The notes: generated from the sequence alone by a model not told the origin. 64,000 nt of DNA from Candidatus Hodarchaeota archaeon (GCA_048886685.1 JBHLKM010000003.1:261548-325547), one strand, 5' to 3'; shown: positions 19,750 through 30,567, counted from the first letter of the stretch. Numbers and translations: made by a program.

Positions 19750-20751
19750 TTGGAAAGGATTGAATTCAACAAATTGTTTAAGATTGAAAAAGAAAGATTA
19801 TTGTCGAATTACCAGAGAATAAATCGTATGTTTAAAAATCTAAACCCAACAGATATCATCGCTAAATTCTTAATAAATCAATCAGTAGGCTTTTCCCCCA
19901 ATAGCATTATAGAAATCCTCAATTATTACAAACCTAAAATTAGGGAAGGTAAGACCTTATTAGATCTTGCAATTGAATGGATTCGAGCGAATAGAATTCG
20001 AGTTGATTATAAGAAATTTATCAATTTAGGAACGTATGAAGACCAAAAAAGTGCCATCGATGATATTATTTTTCTTTTCTTTTTGGATTATGATAAACAT
20101 ATTAGAGAATTACTAATAAAAAAAATAAGTGAACGTGAAATCTGCGCATTATACGAGATATTTTTTAATCCTAATCAAGTAGATTATACAAATATCGATA
20201 CCTTTTTAAGAAAAAAGGAATATAGAGTACACACTATTTTTAAAGGAGAAGAAAAAGTAAATACTAATATTTTTACATTACGAGAGGGTTTATCAGCGAT
20301 GATCAAGAAAGATTATAGTGAACTGAACTCATCGAAAGTCGAAATTAAAAGTGATCAGCAAAAACTAGAAAATGATCCTTTATCACCTATAAATGAATTC
20401 GATGGATCAATGTTAGAAAGATTAATTAAATCTTACCGTTATACCAAACAAAAAATAATTGAGAGGGAGCTTGAAAACTCAATTTCTAGGTTTTTATCTT
20501 CTTTTTTCAAATTTGGTCAATTTTATAACTATGAAGATTTTAAAGATGAATTGACTCAAAATTTAATAGATAGTTGGTATTCAGGAATAGAAAAAATTCC
20601 TAATGATAGTTCATTAAATATTTTCATTTCTGATAACTTACTTAATTTTGAAAACACGATTGAAAAGCAAAAATTAGATGGTTTGGCTTGGATTAAGGAT
20701 TTAACTCCTGTGTTAAAAGATATTATTATAAGAATCATTGATATGTTATAA
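19750..20751 (+). CDS. Hypothetical helical protein
   Basis: 333-aa ORF, TTG start, 26 nt after the previous gene. Confidence 0.6.
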   Translation: MERIEFNKLFKIEKERLLSNYQRINRMFKNLNPTDIIAKFLINQSVGFSPNSIIEILNYYKPKIREGKTLLDLAIEWIRANRIRVDYKKFINLGTYEDQKSAIDDIIFLFFLDYDKHIRELLIKKISEREICALYEIFFNPNQVDYTNIDTFLRKKEYRVHTIFKGEEKVNTNIFTLREGLSAMIKKDYSELNSSKVEIKSDQQKLENDPLSPINEFDGSMLERLIKSYRYTKQKIIERELENSISRFLSSFFKFGQFYNYEDFKDELTQNLIDSWYSGIEKIPNDSSLNIFISDNLLNFENTIEKQKLDGLAWIKDLTPVLKDIIIRIIDML

Positions 20752-21021
20752 ATTTCACGTAAACGTGAATCGTAATCATTTTCAGCCCAAACCTGGAGGT
20801 TAGTAATGTTTTATAGAAGTAATTAGTAGAGACTTGTTATAGAATAGATATAAAATATATATCGATCTTAAATTGTTTTAAATATTGAAAGCAATTATTT
20901 TTAAAAATATAATTTATTATATTATAAAAAATCACTAAAACATTAAGTTCAATAAAAATTTAGAAATTGAATTCTTTTGATTAAAATAAGCTTAAAATAA
21001 TATCGAATATCAACCAATTGG

Positions 21022-21579
21022 GTGAAAAGAACTATTCCACAGAGTGAAGCATTGTTTAAGGTTTGTCTATTCGGAGATGGCGGAGTTGGGAAGACCACAT
21101 TAATTAATCGTTACCTTACAGGTGTTTTTCAGGGTGGTTCAGATATTACTATCGGCGTTGATTTTCACATAAAAAAGCTTTTAATTGAAGACACGCGAAT
21201 CAGCTTGCAAATTTGGGATTTTGCTGGTGAAGAGCGATTTCGATTCCTTTTACCTAGTTATGTTTTAGGTGCTTCTGGTGGAATCTTCATGTATGATATT
21301 ACTCGATATTCAAGCTTGAAAAATTTTCAAGATTGGTTAGATATTTTCAAGCATGGGTATAAAGGGCCTTCAAATCAGATACCCGTTATTATGGTTGGAA
21401 GTAAATTAGATCTCGAACACAAAAGAACTGTTTCTAGAACTGAAGCATATGAATTAGCAAAAGTCAATGATTTATACGGTTATATTGAGTGTTCTTCTAA
21501 AGATGGTCAAAATGTAGAAGAAATATTTTTAGAAATAGGAAGATTAATGCTGAGACAAGCCAAAATGGCTAGTACTTAG
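21022..21579 (+). CDS. Rab-like small GTPase
   Basis: GDGGVGKTT, TIGVDF, WDFAGEERF, SKLD, CSSK; no C-terminal prenylation Cys. Confidence 0.93.
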   Translation: MKRTIPQSEALFKVCLFGDGGVGKTTLINRYLTGVFQGGSDITIGVDFHIKKLLIEDTRISLQIWDFAGEERFRFLLPSYVLGASGGIFMYDITRYSSLKNFQDWLDIFKHGYKGPSNQIPVIMVGSKLDLEHKRTVSRTEAYELAKVNDLYGYIECSSKDGQNVEEIFLEIGRLMLRQAKMAST

Positions 21580-21609
21580 ATTAATTATAATAAAGAAATT
21601 TATTCTAAA

Positions 21610-22455
21610 TTAATTTTTAAAAATATCTGCTAATTTTTCAATAACTAAATCAGGGATTAGATTTTTATCGAAATCATTTGATTTTATTGACTTTTCTTTT
21701 AAAATTTCAATCATATATCTTGTAGTAACTCCGGTTAAAACTGCTATCGATGTAATTCCGGCTCTATTGCCTGCTAATATATCAGTATTTAGGCGATCTC
21801 CCAAAATACATGCTTTTTTGGGAGGAATATTTGTATCATTCAAAATTAATTTAATGCCAAAAGGTTCAGGTTTTCCAAAAATTCTAATCGGTTCTCTCCC
21901 TGTGCAAGTAATTAAGGCATTAACCATTACACCAGCTCCTGGTTTAAAACCCCTAGCAACTGGTAAAGTAGAATCTGTATTTGTGGCATAAAATTGTGCA
22001 TTTCCTTCTAATATGCATTTTTGGGCAATTGCTAGCTTATCATATTTGAAATCCCTATCAAGGCCTACTATCACAAAATCAATTTCTTTATAATTTTTAG
22101 GGTTTGTTTCAATATTGTGTCCTACTGATCTCAATTCTTGTCTAAGTCCCATTTCTCCTATTACATAGATATTTGAATCTTCCTTAATCTTTGTGATCTC
22201 GGTAGCGGTTATAGATGCACTTGTATAAAAATCTGTTATTTTACTTTTTATATTGAAGTTTTTTAATCTCTCAACATATGTTTTCCTTGTTGCGGTTGAA
22301 TTATTAGAATTATAAACTACTTTAATTGACAGATCCTTAAGTTTACTTATAACTTTATCTGCATTTTGGATTAATTTTTCCCCACGATAAATAACTCCGT
22401 CAAGGTCAAATATCGCAAGTTGAATATCTTTCAAATTATCAATTAATTCGCTCAT
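21610..22455 (-). CDS. HAD-IIA (NagD-like) phosphatase
   Basis: FDLDGV, SNNS, GKP, GDRLNTDI. Confidence 0.92.
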   Translation of the reverse strand: MSELIDNLKDIQLAIFDLDGVIYRGEKLIQNADKVISKLKDLSIKVVYNSNNSTATRKTYVERLKNFNIKSKITDFYTSASITATEITKIKEDSNIYVIGEMGLRQELRSVGHNIETNPKNYKEIDFVIVGLDRDFKYDKLAIAQKCILEGNAQFYATNTDSTLPVARGFKPGAGVMVNALITCTGREPIRIFGKPEPFGIKLILNDTNIPPKKACILGDRLNTDILAGNRAGITSIAVLTGVTTRYMIEILKEKSIKSNDFDKNLIPDLVIEKLADIFKN

Positions 22456-22488
22456 TTCTCAAAATAACTGGATATTTTATAATTATTT

Positions 22489-23643
22489 TTAAAACCAACC
22501 GACTGGTAACCCTAATATAGCTATAAAAATCTGAATTCCTATTGGTATAAATATCGGATTTAATAAATTATCGGCAGTATATATCGGGAAATAATCTGTG
22601 ATAAAAAATATAACAGCTCCGATAATAGCATAAATTGGACCTACGATAATTAATCCAATAAAGTATGCTACGATAGTACCGGCTAAAAAACCTTCAATAG
22701 ATTTTTTGTCTTTACTTCTAACTTGGATTTTATGTTTTCCATATTTTCTTCCAATTAAAGCTGCTGCAGCATCTGAAAGGCAAGCAATAAGTATTCCTGA
22801 GAAAACTGCTAATATATCGAGTATCCCTGCCATAAATAACATATATGAGAAAACAAATCCTGTAATAATATAAATCTGTGGTCCTGCTGCATTTCTTTCT
22901 TTATTTCTTAACATTGATTTTGTTAAAAAATTAAAAACTGAGTACTCTGGACCCCAAATTATACGAATTAAATCAGAAATTAAGGCAAACATTAAAGCAC
23001 CTATAAGTGCCATCATAGTTAAACCAATTAATGCTTGAGGATCATTTATAGTATATGAAAAGAGTGATAAATCACCCCATATAAGATTATATGCTGGTTC
23101 TATGTTATTTATTAATACTATCACACTATCACTTATTATTAATGTTACTGGGTTAAGAAGCGAGAAAAATCCAAAATATGCTAATATTAACAATAATCCA
23201 GTTAAATGAAAACTTTTTCTTATTAATTCCATTTTAAACGTAATTTCTGACCTATAAGGATTTTCCTTGGTCATTCTTTCTACATATCTTCTTAGAATCG
23301 GTTTTTTTTTACCCTCCAAAGAACCTTCTAGGTTCTCCCTATTGATTTTCTTTTCTTCCCTTTTAATTATTATAGAAAAAATAAAATTGACCAAAATTAT
23401 AATCCCTATCCACCACACCATAAATCCATTATAAGGATAAGGAAAAAATCTTACAATAGAATTATAATATCCAAAAATCAAAAAACAAACACCACAAATT
23501 ATGGTAGATACACCACCATACCGATTATCTGCTTTAAATCCCTTTCTTCCTATATAAAACATAAGAAACATAATTACGAAAAACGAGAAAGATAATGTAA
23601 GGTTATAAACCTCATCTACTCCAGTCCAATAGTCCATAATCAC
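22489..23643 (-). CDS. CTP-dependent polyprenol/diacylglycerol kinase family (dolichol/phytol kinase-like) membrane protein
   Basis: ELIRKSFH, SDAAAALIGRKYGK, KKSIEG, ADNL; many TM helices. Confidence 0.8.
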   Translation of the reverse strand: MIMDYWTGVDEVYNLTLSFSFFVIMFLMFYIGRKGFKADNRYGGVSTIICGVCFLIFGYYNSIVRFFPYPYNGFMVWWIGIIILVNFIFSIIIKREEKKINRENLEGSLEGKKKPILRRYVERMTKENPYRSEITFKMELIRKSFHLTGLLLILAYFGFFSLLNPVTLIISDSVIVLINNIEPAYNLIWGDLSLFSYTINDPQALIGLTMMALIGALMFALISDLIRIIWGPEYSVFNFLTKSMLRNKERNAAGPQIYIITGFVFSYMLFMAGILDILAVFSGILIACLSDAAAALIGRKYGKHKIQVRSKDKKSIEGFLAGTIVAYFIGLIIVGPIYAIIGAVIFFITDYFPIYTADNLLNPIFIPIGIQIFIAILGLPVGWF

Positions 23644-23773
23644 TCAGAAATATAATTGTATTAATTAAATAATTAATAACCTAATAAGTAATTTTTCCAA
23701 AAATTTTTAATTTCTTTAATAAAACAACAAAATTATAAGTTCAACATAAATAATAAGAGGATCATATTGGAAG

Positions 23774-24715
23774 ATGGGGTTAAAGGAGCTTCTTTCGGAA
23801 AATCCATTAATATTGGCTGAAGGTGCTGTAATCGAAAGGATCAAGCGAGAGTTTAAGTATAAATTAGATCCATACATTCAAAATGCTGCTATGGTGTATG
23901 ATTCTGTGGGTAAGTATATCCTTAATAAAATTTATAATCAGTATATTTCTGTGGCTATTGAATTTGATCTTCCAATGCTCAATTTAGCACCTACATGGCG
24001 TACAAATCCAGAATATATTGAGTTGGCGGGATATAAAAATTATAACGTTAATGCCGACTGTATAAAGTTTTTAAATCAAATTAGAACTTATTATAGCCAT
24101 AAAGCGACAAAAATCTTAATAGGCGGACTGGTGGGATGTAAAGGTGATGCGTATGATCCTAATGAGGCTTTATCAAGCGAAGAAGCATATAGCTTTCATA
24201 AGATTCAAGTAAAAGAGCTAAATGAAGCAGGTGTGGATTTTCTTTTAGCTAGTACTCTACCTGCATCTTCAGAAGCACTTGGAATAGCCAAAGCAATGGC
24301 AGAATCAGATTGTGAATATATAATAAGTTTTGTTATTCGCCCAGATGGAAATATACTGGACGGAACTTCCCTTTATAAAGCTATATCGACTATAGATAAT
24401 TCAGTCTCACCAAAACCTGCTTTTTATATGTTAAATTGTGTTCATCCAACTAATTGTAAAAGGGCGATCAATACTAAACCTAATAATACAGGATTAGTTA
24501 GAACTCGACTTAAAGGATTGCAAGCAAATGGTTCTTCGAAGAGTACTGAAGAATTAGAATTACTTGATAAAGTTGATTCCGAAAATCCAAAAACATGGAG
24601 CAAGAAAATGATTGATTTATACCTAAACTCAGAAATACAAATCCTTGGCGGTTGTTGTGGCACAAATCACCATCATATCAGGAGTATAGCTAAAAATTAC
24701 AAAAAAATTAAATGA
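23774..24715 (+). CDS. Homocysteine S-methyltransferase family
   Basis: PTWR, GVDFL, LNCVHP, GGCCGT Zn ligands. Confidence 0.88.
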   Translation: MGLKELLSENPLILAEGAVIERIKREFKYKLDPYIQNAAMVYDSVGKYILNKIYNQYISVAIEFDLPMLNLAPTWRTNPEYIELAGYKNYNVNADCIKFLNQIRTYYSHKATKILIGGLVGCKGDAYDPNEALSSEEAYSFHKIQVKELNEAGVDFLLASTLPASSEALGIAKAMAESDCEYIISFVIRPDGNILDGTSLYKAISTIDNSVSPKPAFYMLNCVHPTNCKRAINTKPNNTGLVRTRLKGLQANGSSKSTEELELLDKVDSENPKTWSKKMIDLYLNSEIQILGGCCGTNHHHIRSIAKNYKKIK

Positions 24716-25001
24716 AAATAAGTTGAATTTAAAGCATATTGTCAAGTTACCTTTCGAATTCGACAAAAAATTAAAAGGGATGACTAATATAAAATTGTAT
24801 ATAATAAGATTCTAAAAGATATATCATCTTCTAAATCTTCATATTACAAAAATTTCAAACCTAAATTAATAAAGAAATAATAATATAATTTATTAGAGAA
24901 TAAGTAATACAAAAAAATAAATAAAATTAAAATAAGTAAATTATATCTATATTATTAATAGGTATAATAATAAATCATAATCAATAAACACATCCGAGAA
25001 C

Positions 25002-25382
25002 ATGACTACCATGGGTGAACCAACTACTGAGTCGTTAGATGACATCTTGAAAAAGCTTTTATCTGCAATTCCAGAAGTGAAAGCTGCAGCGATAGTTTCA
25101 GCCGAAGGTCTCCCAATTGCATCTGCACTGCCGCAGGGAGTCGATGAGACTAGGATTGCTGCCATGACTGCTGCGTTGCTCTCCTTGGCTGAAAGATCAA
25201 TTGTGGAGATGGAAAAGGGAGACTTTGATACTCTGTACGTTAAGGGAAGTGATGGGTATCTATTAGTTTTCCAGGCTGGCCCCAATGCGGTATTAACTGT
25301 TTCTACGACTTCCGATGTAAGATTAGGGTTAATATTTTTGGATTGTAAACGAACTTGCGATAAGATTGCGCAGTTAATATAA
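25002..25382 (+). CDS. Roadblock/LC7 (MglB-like) protein
   Basis: AAAIVSAEGLPIAS, RIAAMTAALL, VKGSDGY, LGLIFLD. Confidence 0.92.
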   Translation: MTTMGEPTTESLDDILKKLLSAIPEVKAAAIVSAEGLPIASALPQGVDETRIAAMTAALLSLAERSIVEMEKGDFDTLYVKGSDGYLLVFQAGPNAVLTVSTTSDVRLGLIFLDCKRTCDKIAQLI

Positions 25383-25591
25383 TTCTAATTACGATCAACT
25401 TCTTTCTCTATTGATTCTAAAAAAGATCTATTAAATCATATAGGTTTCCACATTAGAGTATTGATATTTATTATTTTTTAAACTTTTAAAGAAATTTAAA
25501 ATTCTGTGAAATAAAGTCTTATAATTCGGATTAACGAAATTTATATCAATTAATTCTTTCATAGAAATAATAATATCAATAACTATCAATT

Positions 25592-26857
25592 TTGATTCAA
25601 ATGACTGATGTGAACTTAAATGACTATATGTATAATTTCATAGAAAAAGTTTGTACTGAGGTTGGTCCAAGGGAATCTGGAACTGAGCAAGAGATCCTCG
25701 CAGGGAACATGATTGAAGAAGAATTAAAAAAATTTTGCGATGAGGCTCATCAGGAAGAGTTTATTAGTAGTCCTCATGCATTTCTTGGAGGTATAAGGTA
25801 TGGAGCCTTTTTGGTTCTCGTATCAATAATATTATATTGGCTCTCATTGTTGATTGACCTTGGGGTATTACAGATTGAAAGTTTCTATAGTTTAATCTTT
25901 ATGAACATAGTTGTAATTCTTATTGTAATAAGTGTAAGTTACTTTCTCTTGGAAACAATGAAATATCATGAGATATATGATTTCCTTTTTCCTAAGAAAA
26001 AGTCAAACAATATTATTGGCACTATAAATCCTTCAAGTGATATTAATCACTCTATTATTTTTTCAGCACATCACGATTCTGCTTTTGAATTCAATACATT
26101 TTATTATTTGAAAAGATTCGGTCAAATTATAATAAATGTTGGTTATCTTGGTGTGATGATTATATTCATAGTAGTTGTTTTAAAAATAATTCTACAATTA
26201 TTATCAATTGAACTTGATATTTTATTTATTTCATTTGGTTTCTTCTTTTTTATTTTTATTCCAATTATTCTAGTGTACATGTTATTTCATACATACCATC
26301 CAGTTCAAGGTGCTTTTGATAACTTATCAGGGGTGTCAGTTGTTTTAGGAATAGGTAAATTTCTAGCAGAGAATAAAAACAATGTTGAAATTTACCCCAA
26401 AAATACAAAGATTTATCTAATTTCTTTTGCGGGAGAAGAAGCAGGCCTAAGAGGTGCAAAACGTTATATTGAGGCTCATTATAATCAATTGAAGGAAGAG
26501 GGAACAATAATAGTCAATATGGATGGGATTGGAAAAAAAGATCTCATTATTATCCATGATAACGAACCGGGGATCGGAGCGAAGCACGATCCAAGAATAT
26601 ATAAACCTATATTAGAGATATCTAAAAAAATAAATCCTAATGCAAAATTATCTCCTTTACCATTTGGAGCCACGGATGGTGCAGCATTTAGTAAAAAAGG
26701 GATCTCTGCAGCCTCGATAGGAGGACTTAACTTGAAAGATGAGCTTCCTCCTTATTATCATACAAGACTAGACACCCCCGAAACTGTTGATAAAGAAGCA
26801 CTAGGACAATTTGTTAAAATATGTTTGGAATATCTAAAATATATAGATTCGCAATAA
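25592..26857 (+). CDS. M28-family membrane-embedded metallopeptidase
   Basis: SAHHDS, GAFDNLSG, GEEAGLRG, NMDG, YYHT; four internal TM helices. Confidence 0.87.
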   Translation: MIQMTDVNLNDYMYNFIEKVCTEVGPRESGTEQEILAGNMIEEELKKFCDEAHQEEFISSPHAFLGGIRYGAFLVLVSIILYWLSLLIDLGVLQIESFYSLIFMNIVVILIVISVSYFLLETMKYHEIYDFLFPKKKSNNIIGTINPSSDINHSIIFSAHHDSAFEFNTFYYLKRFGQIIINVGYLGVMIIFIVVVLKIILQLLSIELDILFISFGFFFFIFIPIILVYMLFHTYHPVQGAFDNLSGVSVVLGIGKFLAENKNNVEIYPKNTKIYLISFAGEEAGLRGAKRYIEAHYNQLKEEGTIIVNMDGIGKKDLIIIHDNEPGIGAKHDPRIYKPILEISKKINPNAKLSPLPFGATDGAAFSKKGISAASIGGLNLKDELPPYYHTRLDTPETVDKEALGQFVKICLEYLKYIDSQ

Positions 26858-26860
26858 AAA

Positions 26861-27259
26861 TTGGAGAGGATTAAAATAAAAAGAAAAAAAATTTCATTTT
26901 TTTTAGATGTTGAAAAAGCACCTAAATTTATGCAAATGGAAGGATTAGAAACAACTATTCTCACGGGATTAAATAATGAAAAAATGATGATGGCACTCAA
27001 TGCTACTTTACCAGGCTATACAGTTCCAATACATTCACATAAACATGAACAAGTAGGTATGGTCTATGCTGGTGAAGCAAAGCTTAAAATTGGAGATGAA
27101 GAACATATTGTAAAACAAGGAGATTTTTTTTGTATTCCCTCAAATACTCCTCACTCAGATACATGTATAGGAAATGAGCCTTTTGTTATGTTAGACATTT
27201 TTTACCCCTCAAGAAAGGATTTTTTGAAGAAGTTAAGAGAAAATAAAAATATAAAATGA
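26861..27259 (+). CDS. Cupin domain protein
   Basis: HSHKHEQ...G and IPSNTPH motifs. Confidence 0.88.
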   Translation: MERIKIKRKKISFFLDVEKAPKFMQMEGLETTILTGLNNEKMMMALNATLPGYTVPIHSHKHEQVGMVYAGEAKLKIGDEEHIVKQGDFFCIPSNTPHSDTCIGNEPFVMLDIFYPSRKDFLKKLRENKNIK

Positions 27260-27280
27260 TATTTTTTTAATTTGCTTTAA

Positions 27281-28267
27281 TTACACTAATCTTTTAACAT
27301 TTTCTTGAATTGATTTTGCATTTGGAATGAGCGCTTTTTCTAGTTTATCAGCATAAGGAATTGGAACATCCGGAGTATTAAGCCTAATTACATTTTTCTT
27401 TAAAAATTGAAAACCCTCTTCTGCAACAAGCGCAGCAATTTCCGAACTCACAGAACAAGTTTTACAGCCCTCGTCAACAATAAGTAATCTTCCTGTTTTT
27501 TCAACTGAATTTAAAATAGATTTTTTATCCAAAGGCACTAGAGTTCTTGGATCTAATACTTCACAATGAATATTCTCTGTTTCTAGTTTTTTCGCAGCAT
27601 TAATACTTTCAGTTACCATAGCTCCTATAGCGACTATAGTCACATCATCACCCTCAGTAAATTTTCTTGCTTGCCCAAATGGTATTGTGAAATCTTTATC
27701 CAATGGTACCTCACCAGTAAGGAAATATGCCCTTTTATTTTCAAAGAAAATTACAGGATCATCATCTCTTATTGCTGTCTTAAGTAATCCTTTAAAGTCA
27801 CGACCATCAGAGGGTAAAACAACTTTTAAACCTGGCACGTGCATGAACCATGATTCAAAAGACTGGGAATGTTGCGCAGCTCCCATTATACCAGTTCCAA
27901 AAGGGACTCTAATAGTAACTGGAACAGAAATTTGACCTCCATACATATATCTTGCTTTTGCAGCTTGATTTACTATCATCTCCATACATACACACAAAAA
28001 GTCCGCAAACATAATTTCAGCAATGGGACGCATTCCAGCCATAGCGGCCCCAACAGCACACCCTAAAATCGCATTTTCACTAATTGGAGTATCACGAACC
28101 CTTTCAGGGCCAAATTTTTCAAGTAAACCCTCAGTGACAAAAAAGGGACCTCCAAATTTCCCAATATCTTCTCCCATTATGAACACCGCTTCATCACGTT
28201 CCATTTCTTCTTCAATAGCTAACCGTATTGCATCCAAACCTCTCATTATTTTAGTTTCTTCCGCCAT
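27281..28267 (-). CDS. TPP-dependent 2-oxoacid/acetoin dehydrogenase E1 beta subunit
   Basis: GEDIG, DTPISE, EIMFADF, AAQHSQ, DPVIFFE. Confidence 0.93.
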   Translation of the reverse strand: MAEETKIMRGLDAIRLAIEEEMERDEAVFIMGEDIGKFGGPFFVTEGLLEKFGPERVRDTPISENAILGCAVGAAMAGMRPIAEIMFADFLCVCMEMIVNQAAKARYMYGGQISVPVTIRVPFGTGIMGAAQHSQSFESWFMHVPGLKVVLPSDGRDFKGLLKTAIRDDDPVIFFENKRAYFLTGEVPLDKDFTIPFGQARKFTEGDDVTIVAIGAMVTESINAAKKLETENIHCEVLDPRTLVPLDKKSILNSVEKTGRLLIVDEGCKTCSVSSEIAALVAEEGFQFLKKNVIRLNTPDVPIPYADKLEKALIPNAKSIQENVKRLV

Positions 28268-28268
28268 T

Positions 28269-29270
28269 TCAATTCCCTCTCAAATTGCTTGGACTTTTAT
28301 ATATATTATCTAAAACTGTATTTACATCTGGCTTTGGACTTTTTTTACTAAATTTAACGCTAAGTTCGATCTGTGTTGCTGTATCTTCCTCAATTTCTTT
28401 AATAATCGCTTGATCAATAACTTCACCTCTTATAAGCCTTATCTTATAGGCTTCAATTGGACATTTTTTTTTCCATTCTTCCTTTTCTTCATTGGATCGA
28501 TATTTATCAGCATCCATCGTAGTTTGACCTTGCCACCTATAAGTTTTGCATTCAATTAATATAGGACCGCCTCCTTTTCTTGCGAGATCAACTGCCTCTT
28601 TAATAGTCCTATATACTTCGATAACATCGTTACCGTTAATAGTAATACCTTTCATCCCATACCCTTGAGCCCGAAGTGAAAGATCTTCAACAGGGGATGC
28701 ATAATTAGTAGGGGTACTCCATCCATACATGTTATTCTCTAAAACAAAAATTACAGGGAGCTTCCATATTGCAGCAAGATTCATTGATTCATGTAACATT
28801 CCTTGATTTGCTGCTCCATCCCCAAAGAAAGTAAGGACCACCTTACCTTCATCTCTCATCTTTGAAGCTAAGGCAACTCCAAGTGCTAAAGGAGGGCCTG
28901 CTCCTACAATACCATTTGCTCCTAGCATATTTTTAGAAAAATCAGCAACATGCATCGAACCACCACGACCTTTACAAATTCCTCCCTCCTTTCCGTAAAT
29001 TTCTGCCATAAGTGAATTTATATCTCCACCTTTGGCAATAAAATGACCATGTCCCCTGTGTGTAGAAGTAATATAATCATCATCATTAATGGCAGCACAA
29101 GCACCAACAGCTATAGCTTCTTCACCGGTATACGTATGAACTAAAGCTGATTTGATTTTGCCGGCATCATTCGTAATCCTTTGCTCAAATTCACGAATTA
29201 TTAACATCTTTTTGTAAAGATTAATTAATTCTTCATGACTCAAATCTTTAGGTAATTCATCTTTACTCAT
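28269..29270 (-). CDS. TPP-dependent 2-oxoacid/acetoin dehydrogenase E1 alpha subunit
   Basis: STHRGHGH, GRGGSMH, GDGA...ENN TPP motif. Confidence 0.93.
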   Translation of the reverse strand: MSKDELPKDLSHEELINLYKKMLIIREFEQRITNDAGKIKSALVHTYTGEEAIAVGACAAINDDDYITSTHRGHGHFIAKGGDINSLMAEIYGKEGGICKGRGGSMHVADFSKNMLGANGIVGAGPPLALGVALASKMRDEGKVVLTFFGDGAANQGMLHESMNLAAIWKLPVIFVLENNMYGWSTPTNYASPVEDLSLRAQGYGMKGITINGNDVIEVYRTIKEAVDLARKGGGPILIECKTYRWQGQTTMDADKYRSNEEKEEWKKKCPIEAYKIRLIRGEVIDQAIIKEIEEDTATQIELSVKFSKKSPKPDVNTVLDNIYKSPSNLRGN

Positions 29271-29436
29271 TTTTAACCGCTCTACATTTTAATAAAAATA
29301 GTTAATTTTATCACTTTATATTATTAAAACCTTATTAATTAAAATTTAATCCAGAACATTTAATTAATTCTTATCTTTGATTAATATATCGCAACGGTAT
29401 TGGTAATTTCAAAAATATAAAGAATTCTTACTTATA

Positions 29437-29745
29437 ATGAGCAAATTAAACCACTATTACGCAATTATAAAACCTTATCGTCAAGACTTTATTACAAATC
29501 CGAAGGAAAATGAAAATAAAATAATGGAACATCATTTTAATTATTTAAAATCATTACTGAAACAGAAAAAATTGTTTTTCGCAGGTCCAACATTGATCCC
29601 CGAAGATCCATTTGGAATTATAATTTTAGAAACAAAAACTGAGGAGGAAGCAAAATATCTGCTTGAAAATGATCCTTCAATAAAAGCTGGAATTCAAAAA
29701 ATTAAAGATCTAAGACCAATTCGACTATCTTTGACTAGAAAATAA
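29437..29745 (+). CDS. YciI-like protein
   Basis: HFNYL, AGPT, ENDPSIKAG. Confidence 0.8.
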   Translation: MSKLNHYYAIIKPYRQDFITNPKENENKIMEHHFNYLKSLLKQKKLFFAGPTLIPEDPFGIIILETKTEEEAKYLLENDPSIKAGIQKIKDLRPIRLSLTRK

Positions 29746-29757
29746 TATTTCTATGAT

Positions 29758-30567
29758 CTATAGACTTGATTCTTTAATTGCTTCATCTACATCATAATTT
29801 TTATGCACAATCAAATATAGAGCTCTTACAAACTTAGTAGGATCATCTGCTTGGAAAACATTCCTTCCAAATGCTACACCCGCACCACCCACTTCAACTG
29901 ACTGCTTAGTGATTTCTAAAATATCCCTTATCCCTGCCCGCTCTCCCCCTGCGATTATAACAGGCGCCATACAACCATCAACAACTTCTTTAAAGGAATC
30001 AGAATCCCCCGTCCAATTAGTTTTTACTATATCTGCACCCAACTCAGCTGCAACTCTAGCAGCTATCTTAACTACTTCAACGTCTTGCTCATCTTCTATA
30101 TTTTCACCTCTAGGGTACATCATCGCGATGAGAGGCATTCCAAGGTCTCTACATTCTCTTGACACACTTCCTAAAGTTTCTAACATTTCAGGATCTGACT
30201 CAGTACCAATATTGATATGAATAGAAACTCCATCTGCCCCAAATTTTACAGCCTCTAATACATTATTTACAAGAACTTTATAATTTGAATTTGGACTTAA
30301 CGAGGTTGAGCCTGATAAATGTAAAATTAATCCTATATCTGGACCATACCCCCTGTGGGCATATAAAGGGATACCAACATGTCCGATAACAGCATTAGCA
30401 CCTCCAAGAGCAATTTTATTTACAACTTCTCCTAAATCTTTTTCGATCCCTTTAATTGGTCCTACAGTTAATCCATGATCCATTGGTATAATAATAGTTC
30501 GTTTTGTCTCTCTATTAATGATTCTTTCCAATCTAATCTTCTTACCAATATAACCAGACATATTCAA
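29758..30567 (-). CDS. aroA': 2-amino-3,7-dideoxy-D-threo-hept-6-ulosonate synthase (DhnA-type class I aldolase)
   Basis: IPMDHG, HRGYG.DIGLILHLSGST, AMMYPRG, GADIVKT, GRNVFQ. Confidence 0.82.
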   Translation of the reverse strand: MNMSGYIGKKIRLERIINRETKRTIIIPMDHGLTVGPIKGIEKDLGEVVNKIALGGANAVIGHVGIPLYAHRGYGPDIGLILHLSGSTSLSPNSNYKVLVNNVLEAVKFGADGVSIHINIGTESDPEMLETLGSVSRECRDLGMPLIAMMYPRGENIEDEQDVEVVKIAARVAAELGADIVKTNWTGDSDSFKEVVDGCMAPVIIAGGERAGIRDILEITKQSVEVGGAGVAFGRNVFQADDPTKFVRALYLIVHKNYDVDEAIKESSL

